A stretch of DNA of 64,000 bases from Octopus sinensis (Eukaryota): positions 12,772,001 through 12,836,000 of the forward strand of contig NC_043008.1 of assembly GCF_006345805.1 (NCBI RefSeq), read 5' to 3'. Every line of letters begins with the position of its first letter. The first letter of the stretch is position 1. The notes under the pieces were generated by a model. That model was not told the DNA's origin. It saw only the letters and a list, made by a program, of their open reading frames with translations, and made no database searches. This document shows, piece after piece, positions 1-11,789 of this stretch. The translations under genes were made by a program, and so were the position numbers.

Positions 1-499
1 CACAGACAAATATCGTACGATAATATCAAACTTGTTCTTTATGGATTCGGTATCATATTTGGGCTGCATCAATATCAAATAGCTTTTGTCGAATCTGCAT
101 ATTTCAATATAGTTTTTAGAACGTGGTATCGTTAATTTACCTTAACTTTATGTGATAATAAACAAACACTTTCTCTAGTTACCTATATATAAGACCTATG
201 TAATTCTTTCATCCATAAGTCACCTTTTCAACCATTATTTGAGATATTTATGTTGACACGTACAGAAAATATGTATTGTCTCAAAATCCCATGAGAATAT
301 CATGTATTAGCTGACTTAGAAGATGACCTTATATCTGATACACAAAACAGACTTTACAAACAGAAATACTGATTTCCTACACATATTAAACCCTGGCTTA
401 ACAATGAAATACAATGAAACACAATACACTCGGCTATCAATATAAAGTATTCTATTTCAGTCTCTGCTAGAGAAAATACAATACGTGTCGCTAGAAAAC

Positions 500-830
500 A
501 CTCGAATATCATTGTTTTGTTATTCCCAATTCGCTCCACACGACACATCACCGTATTCAATTTATCCAGCCATTTCTCTCTAGAACGGCAACCATATATT
601 ATTGATTTCATTTACGCGTTCATTTTGCTTTGGAATATATATAAAGAAAATTTCAGTCTCATTATCAAACTGATTAATTGCTACCGTACATGGATCTGTT
701 TTAACTCTTCTTCTTCTTCTTCTTCTTCTTCTTAAGTAACCGCTGTCAGCAACACAGGCAAGAGCAAATTTCATTTTTGGTGTACGACGACACCCATGAC
801 ATTCAGGTGCTAATATTACCAAAATAGATC
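500..830 (-). mobile_element. Possible decayed RTE-type LINE 3' fragments with (AAG)n tail
   Basis: Minus-strand peptides GCRSREKWLDKL (cf. RTE C-terminal GRPRxKWLD) and ...LACVADSGYL running into an (AAG)n tract at 706-733. Confidence 0.3.
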
Positions 831-835
831 TACCC

Positions 836-896
<61 letters not shown>

Positions 897-964
897 CCTA
901 TCTATTTCTGTCTGTCTATCTATCTATCTATCTACCTATTTCTGTGTCTGTCTATCTATCTCTC
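830..964 (+). repeat. (TATC)n tetranucleotide microsatellite
   Basis: Directly visible. Confidence 0.95.
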
Positions 965-1696
965 TATTTAAAAAAAAATTTATCCCCCCCTTTTTTGTCC
1001 TCTTTCTTTCCTTTTACGATCCCTTTTGATCGAAAACCAAACCGCCTTCTTTTACCCCCAAAAGAAAAGCTCTACCTTGTAATTTGTCCTGTCTGTGTGC
1101 AGCCCTGTGTGGCTAATAAAGAAACATGGCTGGCTGGCTGGCTGGCTGGCTACCAAGGTAGTTTGGGCTAGCTAGCCCATCGTCAACAACATTCTTGTGT
1201 AAGAAAAAGAATTCTGTTCACTACGAAAGCATAGTGTAACCGACCGCTTCGATTAAAATAAAATTGTTTTTATTACAAATGAACATAAACCCAAACACAC
1301 AAACACATACACACGTAATGTTCTTCCTGTGAGAGATATTTGTATTCGAAATGCTTATACAAGTATATTTATGGTCATACTCATCGGTATGTGATAATAT
1401 TGACCACTGTGTGTGCTTTATCGATTTGCAAAGACACCAGCATCAATACAATTCATCTTCAGCAGCCGAATATTTGTGAAAGATGCTCTATGAACATCTG
1501 CCTTTCTGAAAAATGCCCGCTCATGAGAATGAAGCATTAAGAAGTAAATTGCGAATGGCTCTAAATAAGAATATTTAGACTATATAGGATTACTTCCAAG
1601 TATGTCTTGATTTGGCGTACACTTATGAATCATTATGAAGTATATAGATAGATACACACACATACGCACACATATGTATATATGTATGTACGTATA

Positions 1697-2106
1697 TAAT
1701 TCTTTATTCCCCACAAGGGGCTAAACATAGCGGGGACAAACAAAGACAGATATAAGGATTAAGCCGATTACATCGACCCCATTGCTGGTACTTATTTAAT
1801 CGACCCCGAAAGGATGAAAGGCAAAGTCTACTTCGGCGGAATTTGAACTCAGAACGTAGCGGCAGACGAAATACCTATTTCTTTATTAACCACAAGGGGC
1901 TAAACTCAGAAAGGACAAACAAGAACAGACAAACGGATTAAGTCGATTATATCGACCCCAGTGCATAACAGGTAGTTAATTTATCGACCCTGAAAGGATG
2001 AAAGGCAAAGTCGACCTCAGCGGAATTTGAACTCACAACGTAACGGCAGACGAAATACCGCTAAGCAAATCGCCCAGCCTGCTAACGTTTCTGCCAGTTC
2101 GTTGCG
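1697..2106 (-). mobile_element. tRNA-derived SINE family B, head-to-tail dimer
   Basis: Head (ctggcagaaacgttagc...gttcaaattcc B-box), body gtcgactttgcctttcatcctttcggggtcgataaattaagtacc, tail ccccttgtgggtagtaaagaaatagg. Second unit joins at ~1875. Confidence 0.9.
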
Positions 2107-2559
2107 TTTTTATGCATGTACGTATATATATGTCGGCATGTGTGTTGGTATGACGGAATGTGTATGTGTTTACTGTGTTCATGGTGTCGTCTATAGACTT
2201 TAATACATTTCGAATACCCGGACAAGGTCTGGCCGAAGTTCTCATGTGATCGTGCAGCGATGCATTTGATGAACCTTATACGTAGCTTGGTTATGACTTC
2301 AATACTTTTAATCTTCATTTTTTCCATCAAGGATGACATAATTTAAATAACCACAGTCATATTTTGTTCTGACAATGAATATGTATCGAAGGTTGATTTT
2401 GTAGTAAATATAATAAATATAGGATGGGTAATAATTATCCCTATATTACTAAATACGATGAGAATATTCATCTGTCAATACATAAAACATATCCTCTTCG
2501 AGAATTTGTTGCTGTTCTCTCCAATACGCTATGAATGCTGCAGACTTCCATACTTTCTT

Positions 2560-2720
2560 ATCTGCATGGCTGAATGGTAGTAAGTTTGCTTCTAAATCAT
2601 ATGGTTCTGGGTTCAGTCCTTCTACACGGAACCTCATATAAATGTCTTGTACTATAACCCCGAACCGGTGAAAGACTTGTGAGTGGAATTGGTAAATGGA
2701 AACTGAACGCTGTCGCGTAT
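2560..2720 (+). mobile_element. SINE family A, degenerate 5' half
   Basis: Similar to the 16008-16170 copy (ggttcagtcc..., gtgagtggaattggtaaatggaaactgaa). Confidence 0.7.
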
Positions 2721-2743
2721 ATATAGGTGTGTGTATACATTGT

Positions 2744-2927
2744 TGTTTGTTTCTTCTCGAGCCACGCCTGGCTCATAAGGGCCGCTTTCCCGGTTTCCTT
2801 GGCATATAGGTTCCCCACCTGGACGGGACGCCGGTCCGTCAAGGTCCCGTACAGTGGGAACCTATACGCCATTAAAACCGAGAAACCGGCCCTTATGTGC
2901 CAGATATGACTCGAGAAGGAACAAACA
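2744..2927. mobile_element. Fold-back (palindromic) MITE-like element, ~184 bp
   Basis: Left arm tgtttgtttcttctcgagccacgcctggctcataagggccg... pairs with right arm ...cggcccttatgtgccagatatgactcgagaaggaacaaaca over ~85 bp, with mostly transition mismatches. Confidence 0.85.
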
Positions 2928-3128
2928 TATATTCTATCATATTCTATCCGAACTCTAGAATTACATGTTTTCCTTTATATTTTGCACCTTCGCTAATGTA
3001 TTTGACCTCGATATGCGAGTATTCACAAAATTGTAGTTATTTAAGAATTTTCAATTGCTAAGCATTAACGTAACAAATGTGGAATATGTAAAACGTTCCA
3101 GCCGTTTAGTCAATAAAAGATATGTAAA

Positions 3129-3334
3129 GGCGGCGAGCTTAGCGGTATTTCGTCTGCCGTTACGTTCTGAGTTCAAATTCCGCCGAGGTCGTCTTTGCCT
3201 TTCATCCTTTCGGGATCGATTAAATAAGTACCATTTACGCACTGGGGTCGATATAATCAACTTTATCCGTTTGTCTGTCCTTGTTTGTCCTCTCCGTGTT
3301 TAGCCCCTTGTGGGTAGTAAAGAAATAGGTATTT
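3129..3334 (+). mobile_element. SINE family B monomer with short head deletion
   Basis: ggcggcgagct...gttcaaattccgccgaggtc...aaagaaataggtattt. Confidence 0.9.
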
Positions 3335-4059
3335 AAACGCACGTATAGATATGCGAACAATTGATAAATAGAAATATATGTCTCTAAATATGAGATCCAC
3401 ATATGCAACGAAATACATGCTTGTCCACAAACATAGATACGCAGCTATATACCTATCTATATAAACTCTTGACTTTTCCAACAGAAACTGGAATAAACGT
3501 GTTCGCTATTATACATAGTTCAAAGAGAATGTTTCAAGAATATAGTCTGTGTCTGTATCTGTTTATTTTAGCTGACGTTTTCGTCGATTTTTTAGAAAAA
3601 AAGTTCGATTGTTACGTGCTAGTGTCTCCAACTGCAATTCGTAATTTGTTTGTTGGCGATCTCCGCTATACTAAAAATACTTAAGCTGCTGAGAAACAGA
3701 TGCATTTAGTAAAAACATTTTCAGCTGTCATAGAAATGGCATTTGGCCAGAGTATATACTGTTATTTGATACGTGAACGCGAAAAAAGCTTTCCTCAACA
3801 TAAAACTTTTACATAAAAGATCTTTCTTTTCTCTGTTCCACACGAGTGCTGCTCTTCTCTAGCTATTGGCAAAAATGTATTAACAAAATACTGCTGTCAA
3901 CAAAAATACATTAACTAAAGAATTTTAGACCAGACTTTAAAATATATTGCAGCCAGAACTTTCTTTTAGACAATAATCCACAGTAAATATATAGTACTCG
4001 TGGTAACATCAAAATTTAGGTACATTGTTTCTAGTCTCTACTGAGATAGTAAAACCCTC

Positions 4060-4490
4060 GGATCTTTTCGGTTTGAACGGCAGTTTTTTCTCGCGGTGTC
4101 ATATGAAATTGTCACCCATAATTATGACCCTAGTATCGATCTATTGCATTTCAATCTGTTTTAGAGTTAGGGCTAGTTAGGGTTAGGGTTAGGGGTGGGG
4201 AGAAGGGTATTTTTTTTTCTTCAGAAATGTAAATAAACCCAATCTGTTTCTTAAACGAGGGACATATTCATACGGCACAGAATGTTTTCACCTGAATAGA
4301 CGTCATTGATTGGTTGAAATTGCAGAAATTGAAGAAAAAACAACAGATATCTTACAAACTATAGAATTTCTCAATAAAGCCAAGAGAAAAAGATGCTTTA
4401 TAAACACATTCTACCAGTATACGAAATTTAAAAGTGTTTAGTTACGTGGAAATTATTTAAAAAAACTTGCCGGTCAAACCGAAAAGATCC
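4060..4490. mobile_element. MITE with ~30 bp TIRs and probable 9-bp TSD (Mutator-like)
   Basis: TIRs ggatcttttcggtttgaacggcagtttttt / aaaaaacttgccggtcaaaccgaaaagatcc. Flanks aaaaccctc and aaaacctct. Internal TTAGGG-like repeats. Confidence 0.8.
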
Positions 4491-4867
4491 AAAACCTCTA
4501 CATTCTGACATGGAGGTAGGGCTGTCACAGAAATCACTGAAATAGATTAGATCAATAATCATTAGATACAAGGAATGAGGAGACTCATGATCAATCTAGA
4601 CAAATTCTGAGTACCTACTAAATGATATCAGAAAGACTATGTACCTCAAATAATTATTTCAAAGTGAAGAGAACAACATCAACCGGGATAGTAGCGAACA
4701 CTCAAAATGACTTCACGGGTAACCCAAAACTGTTGGACGACCATACATCAACAAATACCGAGAAGATAAACGCTCGGCATTCCCCTACCTAAAAAAGAAA
4801 CACAACAAGAACACTTTATGCATAGGGAAGTCTTTTTTCGACTTGAAGATGATGCAAATATCCTTTC

Positions 4868-5441
4868 CTAATCTAGGCACAATGCCTGAAATTTTTGGAG
4901 AGGGGACCAGTCGATTAGATCGACCCCAGTATGCAACTCGTACTTCATTTATCGACCCCGAAAGGATGAAAGGCAAAATCGACCTCGGCGGAAGTTGAAC
5001 TCAGAACGTAAAGACAGACGAAATACTTATTTCTTTACTACCCACAAGAGGCTAAACACAGAGGGGACAAACACGGACAGACAAACGGATTAAGTCGATT
5101 ATATCTACCCCAGTGCGTAACTGGTACTTTATTTATCGACCTCGAAAGGATGAAAGGCAAAGTCGACCTCGGCGGAATTTGAAATCAGAACGTAACGGCA
5201 GACGAAATACCTATTTCTTTATTGCCCTCAAGGGCCTAAACAGAGAGGTGATAAACAAGGACATACAAACGGATTAAGTCGATTACATCAACCCCGAGCG
5301 TATCTAGTACTTATTTCATCGACCCCGAATGGATGAAAGGCAAAGTCAACCTCGGCGGAATTTGAACTCACAACGTAACGGCAGACGAAATACGGCTATG
5401 CATTTCGCCCGGCGTGCTAACATTTTTGCCAGCTCGCCGCC
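4868..5441 (-). mobile_element. SINE family B trimer ending in alternative tail 2
   Basis: One head at 5441, unit junctions at ~5210 and ~5027; last unit ends ...ccaaaaatttcaggcattgtgcctaga. Confidence 0.9.
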
Positions 5442-5937
5442 TTATGACGACGCAAAGATCAACAAAAAATAGAGTCCTGGACAGTAGTATCGCATCATGT
5501 TTCGAATTTAATTCTTTGGAAGTCAAGACCAAAAAATAACTACAAAATAACAGACAGTGAAGACGTTATCGGCGAAGATAAAAATCAAAATATCAGTTAT
5601 GACACATTCCTGTGGATGTTACAAATTGTTCAGTAGTTAACGAGAAAATGCTAAACGGGGTGTAACGTTGCGAAAATATTATATAATGGCATCTGTAGGA
5701 AAGCCGTGGGTTAAACATAAAAAGAATCTCATCTGCCAAATATATACAAATCTATTATCACAAAGTATACTGGTATATATCGCTAAGGCATTCCTAAGAA
5801 TGTAAATTAATTCATCTTAAAATCTCGCGTTGCATAGACCAGACTTAGGATGAAATGGCACCGTCCAGAGACATTGATAAAAGGATTATATGGAAATTAT
5901 ATGTATTTTCTTTTTGCTTTTTGATAATAAATTCTCA

Positions 5938-6087
5938 ATGGCTGTGTGGTAAGTAGCTTGCTTATTAACCACATGGTTGTTCAGTCCTATTGCGTGGCAA
6001 CCTGGGCAAGTGTTTCCTACTATAACCTCGGGCCGGCCAAAGCATTATGAGTGGATTTGGTAGACGGAAACTGAAAGCAGCTCGTCG

Positions 6088-6175
<88 letters not shown>

Positions 6176-6377
6176 TTTGTATGTTTGTCCCCCCACCATC
6201 GCTTGACAACCGATGTTGGTGTGTTTACGTCCCCGTAACATACGAGTTCGGCAAAAAGACCGATAGAATAAGTACGTGGTTTTCAAAGAATAAGTCCCAG
6301 GGGGGATATGTTCGACTAAAGGCGGTGCTCCAACATGGCCCTAGTCAAATGATTTAAAAGAATAAAAGAATATAAGA
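5938..6377 (+). mobile_element. SINE family A (tRNA head, CORE-like domain, internal (TA)(TG) microsatellite, 3' module)
   Basis: ggctgtgtggtaag A-box, gttcagtcc B-box-like, cctgggcaagtg CORE-like, tail taaaagaa. Confidence 0.9.
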
Positions 6378-7049
6378 ATCCCCCAAAAAAGCAAACTTCA
6401 AAGAGATTCTCTCCCCTTACGAAGAACCCTCTCCTCTTAATTAGCAATTCCAAGTAAATATCCACAAATTCGCATCATAGCTTCCGCTAAATGCAAGTAT
6501 TAATGTAAGAGCGCGTTCTAGTTGATCGGAAAAAAATAGAAAACAAAGATTTATGTGCGGCCATGGAGGTCCGTTTTTCTTCACTTTTAAAAAAGAACCG
6601 CTACAGACACCAACTTTGAAACTTCAAACAACGTTTACACAAATTATAGTTCGTGTTAATAGGCTTAATTACTAGCGCACTCTGCTACACCAGTAAATAT
6701 TTAAATGACTGTTTCAAGAAACCTTCAGTTTCCAAGCAGACAATAAACTTGAATGCGGAATAATAACGCATATTACTTTCGTTATCTAGTTACTGCGTTG
6801 AGGCTTTGCTATTTGTTAGAATCTAGCGTCATCGTCTTGGGAATAATTCGGAAAATTGAAAAAAAAAAAAAAAGATAACAAACCTACATGTAGAGTTAGA
6901 TAAGTACATGTAATCTATCTGTTCTATATCAGGCTTTTTAAAGTACATTTCTACGCTAAATACGTCTTTATGAATCCTCTACAATTTTGCATTCACATCC
7001 ACGTACACACACACACACACATTATTATATGCGTGTGCGTGTATGCTTA

Positions 7050-7108
7050 TGTGGGTGTGTGTGTGAGTATGTATATTCATATATAAGTATGCATGTATTC
7101 ACATAATG

Positions 7109-7173
<65 letters not shown>

Positions 7174-7272
7174 TATACATACATACATACATATATATAT
7201 ATATATGTATATATATATATTCATGTATTCCAATAATATAATATATATATACATATACATGTACTGATATAT

Positions 7273-7318
<46 letters not shown>

Positions 7319-7321
7319 TCG

Positions 7322-7365
<44 letters not shown>

Positions 7366-7370
7366 ATATA
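7050..7370 (+). repeat. (TA)n/(CA)n compound microsatellite
   Basis: Directly visible. Confidence 0.95.
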
Positions 7371-7994
7371 CGTACTTAGATATCATACATCGAATAGCAC
7401 ATAATAATCAGCAAGCCATCAGCTTACCCAGCACCGTTCCGAACTTTAAACGATGTCCGCAACCCGACATAAAGGGCAAAGATCAGCAGATAAAGGTCAG
7501 TCTCAGGAAAACTCCATTATATTTCCTCGATAAAACGATTCTAAATACTACCAATTCATCTGAGTTTGATCAGCACATCTCCGTAATGACCTCACGCCAT
7601 TTCGGCAAACCGAAATACCCTCAAGATTTCAGGGTTTTACGTTGAACGTTCTAAGATTAACGACCAGAGTGGTGTGTTTGCGGAAAGAATCCCCAAGATT
7701 TCTATTATCTAAAAATGTTCTCATCTCTCATCCTTTCCAAGAAATGCCAGTTCGTTCGAATGCATATATGTCTAGATGTTAACCTTGGTTGCCGTTGAAA
7801 TACATTATGACTAAGGAATTTTTCATCGTGAAATCATCTTGATATTATCTCCAGTTATTGATTATTTCCCCTAACACCATCCGCTGACCTTTATTTCACT
7901 CGCGCTGTTCATTTGCCGAACACTGACTGTGTGAGTGAGTGGTCCGTTGTTTTAATGGTCAATTCTATACGAGCTTACAAAAGCTTTTCCATTT

Positions 7995-8245
7995 CCTATC
8001 ATCATCATTGTCGTCGTTGTTGTCGTCACTATCTTGAGCATCTTCTTCGTCGTCGTTATCGTAGTTGTCATCATCGCCAGCGGTGGTGATAGCAACTCCT
8101 CCTTCTTTTTCACATCTCCTCCTCTCCTTCTCCTCCTCCTCGTCCTCCTCTTCATCATCATCAACATCATCATCATCATTATCAACTTCATTGTCAACAT
8201 TGCCGTCATTATTAATTTCGTCATCTCTATATTGTTGCTGTCATA
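7995..8245 (+). repeat. Degenerate trinucleotide (CAT/CGT/CCT)n tract
   Basis: Directly visible. Confidence 0.85.
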
Positions 8246-8254
8246 AGGTATCAA

Positions 8255-8440
8255 TCTAGCACGTTAGGTAGCACGCCGGAGAAAAATAGCGCCATTTTGT
8301 CCGTCGTTACATGAGTCTAAATTCCGCCGGGTCGACTTTGCTTTTCATCCTTTTGCGGTCGATAAAATAGGTACCAGCTGAACACTGGGATCAACTTACT
8401 CCCTCAACCTAAACTGCTGGTCTTGTACCAAAATTTTAAA
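8255..8440 (+). mobile_element. SINE family B, degenerate, tail 2
   Basis: gtagcacgccgg...gtcgactttgcttttcatcc...taccagctgaacactggg. Confidence 0.75.
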
Positions 8441-8599
8441 TCCATATTTATAGAATCCCCATAGACATGAAATAGGAGAAAATCTTCATATACTTATGAG
8501 GTCAGCATGGCTATGAGCGAAACTTAACGTGGTCACGCAATCTGCTAAAAATAACAGTGAATTGTTAATCAAATTTCAGTCTACTCTCTTAATTAAAGT

Positions 8600-8788
8600 A
8601 TCTATCCATCGCATAATATTGTTCTACATACAATGTGGACATTATTTATATTATTTACAACTGACGGATATTTGTCCTCATCTTTTTTGTTGTTAACACA
8701 ACGCTTCGGCTGATATACTCTCCAGCCTTCATCAGGTGTCTTGGGAAAATTTCGAACCTGGGTTCTTATTCCTAAGATATTTTTCGAT
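8600..8788 (-). mobile_element. Penelope-like terminal-repeat fragment with minimal hammerhead motif
   Basis: Minus strand reads GACAC-CTGATGA-A-GGCTG-GAGAGTATAT-CAGCC-GAAG-CG-TT-GTGTT (8695-8740). Confidence 0.65.
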
Positions 8789-8789
8789 A

Positions 8790-9320
8790 GTGATGAACTG
8801 TCTGGGAGAGCCACAACCAGCAGACCTGAGAGAAACATCGCAGATGTGCGTGCAACTGTGAGAAGAAATCGTCGAATCATCATCCGTGAGTTATCAGAGA
8901 GGACGTGCAGATTAGTTACGGTTCAGTTCAGTCTATTATCCCTGAAGATTTGGGTATGAAACGCGCGTCTGTCAAGTTTGTGCCGAAACGGTTTTCAGTT
9001 GATTAAAAAGACACTCGGGCTTCAGTTGCATAAAATCTCCTTGGTTTTGTCGAGAACGATGAAAACTTTATGAAAAATTTGCGTAGGCCTCTGAGCAGGC
9101 ATCGCTAAGCTTTTGGCAAAATTTGATCTAGATTCAGCTTTTTCTGTCATGGTCAATGTGACGATCATACGCTACACACGTTACTTCCAAGCACTGCCGT
9201 AAAGAGCGGAAGAGAGCTAGAAAGTTAAAACTTTGTGCACATACGCAACACATACGTTTAACTCTGCGTGATTTAGCTTAGTTTCTATGGCACTAGTCCG
9301 GATACTTATTGATCAGACCG

Positions 9321-9322
<2 letters not shown>
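8790..9322. mobile_element. Rearranged mariner relic: mid-transposase on plus strand, 5' end with TIR on minus strand
   Basis: Plus: SGRATTSRPERNIADVRATVRRNRRIIIREL...ISYGSVQSIIPEDLGMKRASVKFVPK. Minus: TIR TACGGTCTGATCAATAAGTATCCGGACT, then MTEK...IKFCQKLSDACSEAYA. Confidence 0.85.
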
Positions 9323-9351
<29 letters not shown>

Positions 9352-9377
9352 ATGTGTGTGTGTGTGTGTATGTATAA

Positions 9378-9735
9378 GCGCAGGAGTGGTTGCGTGGTAA
9401 TATATATATATATATATATATGTGTATGTGTGTGTGCGTGTGTGTGTGTGTGTGTATAGGCGCAGGAGTGGTTGCGTGGTAATATAGATATATATATGTG
9501 TGTGTGTTTGTGTTTATGCTCGTGTGTCTGAGTTTGTCCCCTCAACATCGCTTGACAACTGATGGTGGTGTGTTTACGCCCCCGTAACTTAGCGATTCGG
9601 CAACAGAGACCGATATTATAAATACTATAAATAAATAGGCTTACATAGAATAAGTCTTGCAGTCGATTTTCTTGACTAAAGGCGGTGTTCCAGCATGGTC
9701 GCAGTCACATGACTGAAACAAGTAAAAGAGAAAAA
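9378..9735 (+). mobile_element. SINE family A with duplicated 23-bp head and deleted 5' body
   Basis: gcgcaggagtggttgcgtggtaa at 9378 and 9460; 3' module at ~9530-9735. Confidence 0.85.
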
Positions 9736-10314
9736 AAAATGTAAACTGTCATATTCGGTCAAAGAATGCTCTGCACGTATTTTATAAATACAAGGACAAC
9801 CAGCTCTTTCTAATAGCTTCACCAGCGTTACACAATATTTAACGACCTAATTCTACCTCTTATATTCATACCAAACTATGCACAACGTTCATTTTGTATT
9901 CCGGAATGTATGGCGCTAACAAAATTAAAACCAATAGAATAAACATAAGAACGCTTTATTGTTCTTCTTCAGAATAACTCACGTGTACCATTTTTGTCTT
10001 ACAATCCTTCTCACATTCTCCCGAATCCTCTCTGTGTGTCTTTTTACACTTTTACTACTCAAGTTTTACTTTTTATGCCAAGATAAATGTCTGTTTTAAG
10101 TTTTGGTGCTGGAGAATAGAATAAGTTTATAAGCAAAAATGTTGCTTTGCCTCTACTTTTGAAAGACTCTCGTAAAAAAAAAATTCTTCTTTCGCAAATG
10201 GAAAAGACAACCATATTTCTCATTCGACAAGTTAGTGTTATTTGCAGAAGTTACGAGACAATAACATCTCAAACACATGCGCGTACTTCCATGTTTACGA
10301 CTGCAGAAGTGTGT

Positions 10315-10315
10315 G

Positions 10316-10351
<36 letters not shown>

Positions 10352-10371
10352 TAATATATATATATATATAG

Positions 10372-10412
<41 letters not shown>

Positions 10413-10849
10413 CATATATACATACATACATATATATACATATATATATATACATATATATACATATATATACATATATATATACATATATATACATATA
10501 TATACATATAATATATATATATTTATACATATACATATATACATATATATATTTATACATATATGTTTATACATACATATATATATATATCCACATATGT
10601 GTGTGTGTGTGTGTGTGTGCAAGCGTATCTGTTTAAGTGTTTGTGTTGTGTGTTTGTGTTGTATGTGTGTACATATATGTCTTTATGAGTATGTTTATGC
10701 ATACACATACATATAAGTGTGCAGATTAATATACACGCACGCAAATATATATATATATATATATATACATACATATATAGCTATACACAAACAAGTACAC
10801 GCATGCATGTCTATATATGTATAATTGTATGAAAAAATATATATATGTA

Positions 10850-10895
<46 letters not shown>

Positions 10896-10920
10896 ATATA
10901 CACGCACACACACGACCATA
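10315..10920 (+). repeat. Long compound (TA)n/(TACA)n/(TG)n microsatellite
   Basis: Directly visible. Confidence 0.95.
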
Positions 10921-11340
10921 TATGCAGACGTATATGTTTGTAAGTATGCATGTGGTTGTAATAGGATTAATGTGTCAGTATCTTAGAGCGTTACATAATC
11001 TTCAGAAATGCTACAAAAATTATTGTATAAAATGAAATAAATCTCTTACTTGTCCGGGAACAAAATAATTATAGTCACTCGTTCAGTTTTTTTTTTTTGC
11101 AACGTAGATACAACGTAGCCATGTAAGAAGAACTGTAAAGTCAGAAGGAAAATATATTACGCAAAAATGGTCTAAACACAAACATTTAGCGTTCATAGTT
11201 GAAAAAATGCTGGCGGCTAAATCTCTTTCTTTCTGAGAAACTAGGGGTTTCATCCATATCTCGTATATATATATTAACATACTATTTTACGGACACAAAC
11301 ACACTCACATATGTATATAAACGTATATATCTGCATATAT

Positions 11341-11582
11341 CTTTTATCTTTTACTTCTTTCAGTCATTTGACTGCGGCCATGCTGGAGCACCGCATTTAG
11401 TCGAGCAAATCGACACCAGGACTTATTCTTTGTAAGCTTAGTACTTATTCTATCGATCCCTTTTGTCGAACCGCTAAGTTACGGGCCGTAAGCACACCAG
11501 CATTTGTTGTCAAGCGATGTTGGGGGGGGCAAACACAGACACGCAAACATATACAGACACACACACACACATACACACACAT

Positions 11583-11623
<41 letters not shown>

Positions 11624-11784
11624 TACACGGTCTTCTTTCAGAGTCTGTCTACAAAATCTACTCGCAAGTCTTTGGTCGGACCGATGCTGTAGAAGACACT
11701 TGCCCAAGGTGCCATGCAGTGAGACTGAACCCGGAACCATGTGGCTGGTATGCAAGCTACTTACCCTACAGCTACTCCTACGCC
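11341..11784 (-). mobile_element. SINE family A, near full length
   Basis: Reverse complement of the family A consensus, head ggcgtaggagtagctgtagggtaag. Confidence 0.9.
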
Positions 11785-11789
11785 TATAT

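Noticed and set aside
4161-4200. Telomere or chromosome-fusion site
   Set aside because: Only about four degenerate TTAGGG units, lying inside a TIR-bounded MITE.
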